From the NCBI GenBank assembly GCA_000934665.2, contig KZ538067.1, positions 1 to 64,000 on the forward strand: 64,000 bases of DNA. Direction: 5' to 3'. Origin of the DNA: Catajapyx aquilonaris (lineage: Eukaryota). The notes beneath the pieces are model-generated. The model searched no databases and was not told where the DNA came from. It saw nothing but the letters and a program-made list of their open reading frames with translations. The translations under genes and the position numbers were made by a program. Below, piece by piece: positions 61,073 through 64,000 of the stretch (positions are counted from its first letter, which is position 1; each line of letters begins with the position of its first letter).

Positions 61073-61754
61073 CAGGGTGATTACAAATGAATAGTATAAT
61101 TACAAATGCATATAGCTCCGTACCTATCAACCGCACATGAACGTGTTATACACCAAATGAAAGAGGAGGTTTTGAAGTTTATTTCATACCTTATAAATGT
61201 TCTATATGACGTCCCTTGGTCACTCGAGAAACGTCGATCCGATAGTGCAATTCCTCCCATACTCGTGCCAGCATGTCCGTTGTCACTGACTCAACCGCAG
61301 CAACAATGCTATGTTTGAGTTCATCCAGGGTTGTTGGCATCGGTGGCTCGATCGTACACAGCATCCTTAACGTACCCCCAAAGGAAGAAGTCGAATGGCG
61401 TCAAATCCGGCGACCTTGGGGGCCAGCAGTAAAGCGACAGGTCTTGCTGGTCACTGCGACCTATCCAACGACGAAGGAGCACATTGTTCAGAAACTGGCG
61501 AACATCTGAATGCCAGTGCATTGTTACTGCGGTTGAGTCAGTGACAACGGACATGCTGGCACGAGTATGGGAGGAATAGCACTATCGGATCGACGTTTCT
61601 CGAGTGACGAAGGGAAATCATATAGAACATTTATAAGGCATGAAAAAAACTTTAAAACCTCCTCTTTCATTTGGTGTATAACACGTTCATGTACGGTTGA
61701 TAGGTACGGAGCTATATGCATTTGTAATTATACTATTCATTTGTAATCACCCTG
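61073..61754. mobile_element. Tc1/mariner-superfamily fold-back with ~240-bp arms and a central transposase fragment
   Basis: TA-CAGGGTGATTAC TIR; minus strand RWIGR..WPPRSPDLTPFDFFLWGYVKDAVY. Confidence 0.92.
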
Positions 61755-62347
61755 TACTTTCTAGAATAGAATGTTGACTTTGTAGTGGTGGATAGTAGCA
61801 CAGGGTCAAAGGTAGTAGCCCTGGTGGTTAGAGGTGTAGATGATTACTTGATGGTTGTCTTGCTGTTTCATATGGGTGTTGGGTGGAGGATGTTTAACAA
61901 AAGCCAGATGGGGTTGAGAGGATTTGGACAGAGAACTTTCTGGTTTTAGTACAGAAAATCAACAACGAGGTAGTGCAAATGGAAGTGAATAGGGGCAAAA
62001 AGTTACAGAAATGTTTACACATTGGCATTTTTAATAACATGGAAAGATATCAAAATAGCGTTTTTGCAGGAGTGACGGGAAATCCTTTGTGTGAGTTGCC
62101 GTAGATACAATTGTTGAAACAATTTTTTATGTGCAGATTGGCATGATAAGAATGAGCTGCTACTTTGGAATAAATTTTTGCAACCTACAAACTGTGTGTT
62201 GAATGTTGATCCAATCATGATGATCGATTTGGTGAATATACAGTGGAATACAGTTTTGATAAGTAACTTGAGATTGCGAAATTTAAAATCACTGAATGTT
62301 GGAAGTTCTTGATACAGCTTTTGTGCGAAAATGCGTTGTACAGTATA

Positions 62348-62729
62348 CAGGGTGATTCCGGTAACTTGGGAAAAAATCACAGGGTGGGTAGAGGCCCCAT
62401 AGGCAAGTATTTTGAGCTGCGCCTGGTGGGTAGGCAACCCATCGTACTCGAAGCTTGCGTTCATCAGGCGTTCATCAGGCTTTGCACTTGACACCACTTG
62501 ACACACGCAATTGTTTTCACCTTCGTCTCCTCCACACGCGACACACCTGATGAACGCAAGCTTCGAGTACGATGGGTGGCCTACCCACCAGGTGCAACAG
62601 ACCAAAGGTGGAAACGGCCGCAGCCCCGTACGGGGACATTTCCGGACATGGGTACCTAAGCTCAAAATACTTGCCTATGGGGCCTCTACCCACCCTGTGA
62701 TTTTTGCCAGAGTTACCTGAATCACCCTG
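62348..62729. mobile_element. Tc1/mariner-type MITE (CAGGGTGATTC)
   Basis: ~70-bp TIRs plus a second internal inverted pair; TA TSD. Confidence 0.88.
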
Positions 62730-64000
62730 TATATACAGTTTAATTATCTACAATGCAATGGGGTGAATGGAAACATGGTTTACAAAAATCAAGTTTTTCG
62801 AGGTTTTAATACCATTTTATTAAAAATTATTGAACTTAGATAAGCATTGCTAGTAAGATTATTAATTGAAATTTATTAAGTGAAATATCTTGGAAGATGG
62901 TGTAACCTTCTACGAACAACTTTTTGCATCAGATGATGTAGAAGAGGATATGGTTGAGATAGAGTAGGTTACTAACATATCCCTTCGGCATTATCTGATG
63001 AAAAAAGTAGAAGGTGACAATCATGACTGTGCTCATGTTATCAAGAAATAACTGATGAATAAATGTATTTAGAATTATTGTAATCATATTCAGGCATAAT
63101 AAAGGAACTAAAATTAATTTAGGAGACATTATTTCCTCGCAGTTCCTCATTTTAGTGTTTTAAAAATTAACATAAAATTTCTGCAAGCCAGAAGTTGCTA
63201 AGTCCAAGACGGAAATAAATTTTTTCTCCTGCAGTGTAGGCACTGGATATTCCATATTTACATTACATTAACTTACAATCGTAGTGATATCACATAAAAA
63301 TTACCGAGACTGTAATGTCAAAGAAAGGTCCATGTCAAACATTATGTGAAACTTTCAAACTGCTCTCCTGAAAAATGGCAAAAATGGACTTAACAACTTC
63401 TGGTTCTCACTGCTTCAATTTGAAGTGGGAAACCTATTTGCTTTGTTTCTATACCCATTCTAGGCTAGACCAATATCTACAAGAGTGGGTAGGACATTAT
63501 GAAAATGTAATTTTGAATAACACTATACCAAACGTAATAATTTGCAACTATTTTTGGCCACCAAACATTTCTTGAGCTAGAAGACACTAATTAGTTCCTC
63601 AGAAGAGGAATGCGATTGTTTCTAGTCCTCCTTTTTTAGGGGCATATTGACAGTAGATAATAAAGTGGGTGTTCATCTTTCTGTGACCTTCGCTGGACAT
63701 GATACACCAATAAGTTATGATTATATGATGGATGTAGGGCTATTCGTAAGATGGAAGTTGAAGGTGCCGTGTCAAAACTGAAACTGGATAAATCCCTTCA
63801 TATTGCTGGTATTTCTTTAGAATAATGGTGATTTGTGATGGCGATGCTGTGTTAAATATTTTGGCAAATGTGCATGATTTCTTGTGATAATGGTGTAGTG
63901 GTAGTACCAAGAGCTAGGTAGTACTTAGTGATTTGAGATAAATTATGTTGTAGGCCTAATTTATTGTGCCAGTGAAAGGAGATGTCTGTGATTTTAGGAA

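Larger units (their letters stand above)
59300..64000 (-). mobile_element. Possible very old LINE relic, interrupted by two MITEs
   Basis: Only strand-asymmetric composition (A/C-rich minus strand) and faint endonuclease/RT-like fragments; no clean motif. Confidence 0.25.

Noticed and set aside
62015..62665. 216-aa ORF
   Set aside because: Runs across a MITE boundary into unrelated sequence; no protein motif

Overview
Eukaryotic, TE-dense genomic DNA, most likely from an arthropod (GT-AG spliced genes, (TTAGG)n motif, mariner/Helitron/SINE content). There are two host genes, both on the minus strand. One is a complete 12-exon MED25 (Mediator subunit 25; CDS 45480->23510, 1027 aa as I splice it, with VWA domain, ACID/PTOV domain, LRHLL NR box and Q/P-rich tracts). 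The other lies upstream and encodes a protein with nine C2H2 zinc fingers (main exon 50075-51408, probably two 66-nt upstream exons). Most of the rest is transposon-derived: at least three tRNA-derived SINE families with 12-15 bp TSDs and a shared 3' tail, a full-length dead mariner, internally deleted Helitrons, and many hAT-, Tc1/mariner-, pogo-, PIF-, Sola- and Kolobok-like MITEs or fold-backs, often nested. The most unusual structure is a palindrome with ~830-bp arms (18542-22181) that carries an exon-like ORF cassette, sits inside an element with an 8-bp TSD and lies just 3' of MED25; it is a candidate hairpin-RNA locus. All calls were made by eye without database searches, so superfamily labels on MITEs are inferences from termini and TSDs.
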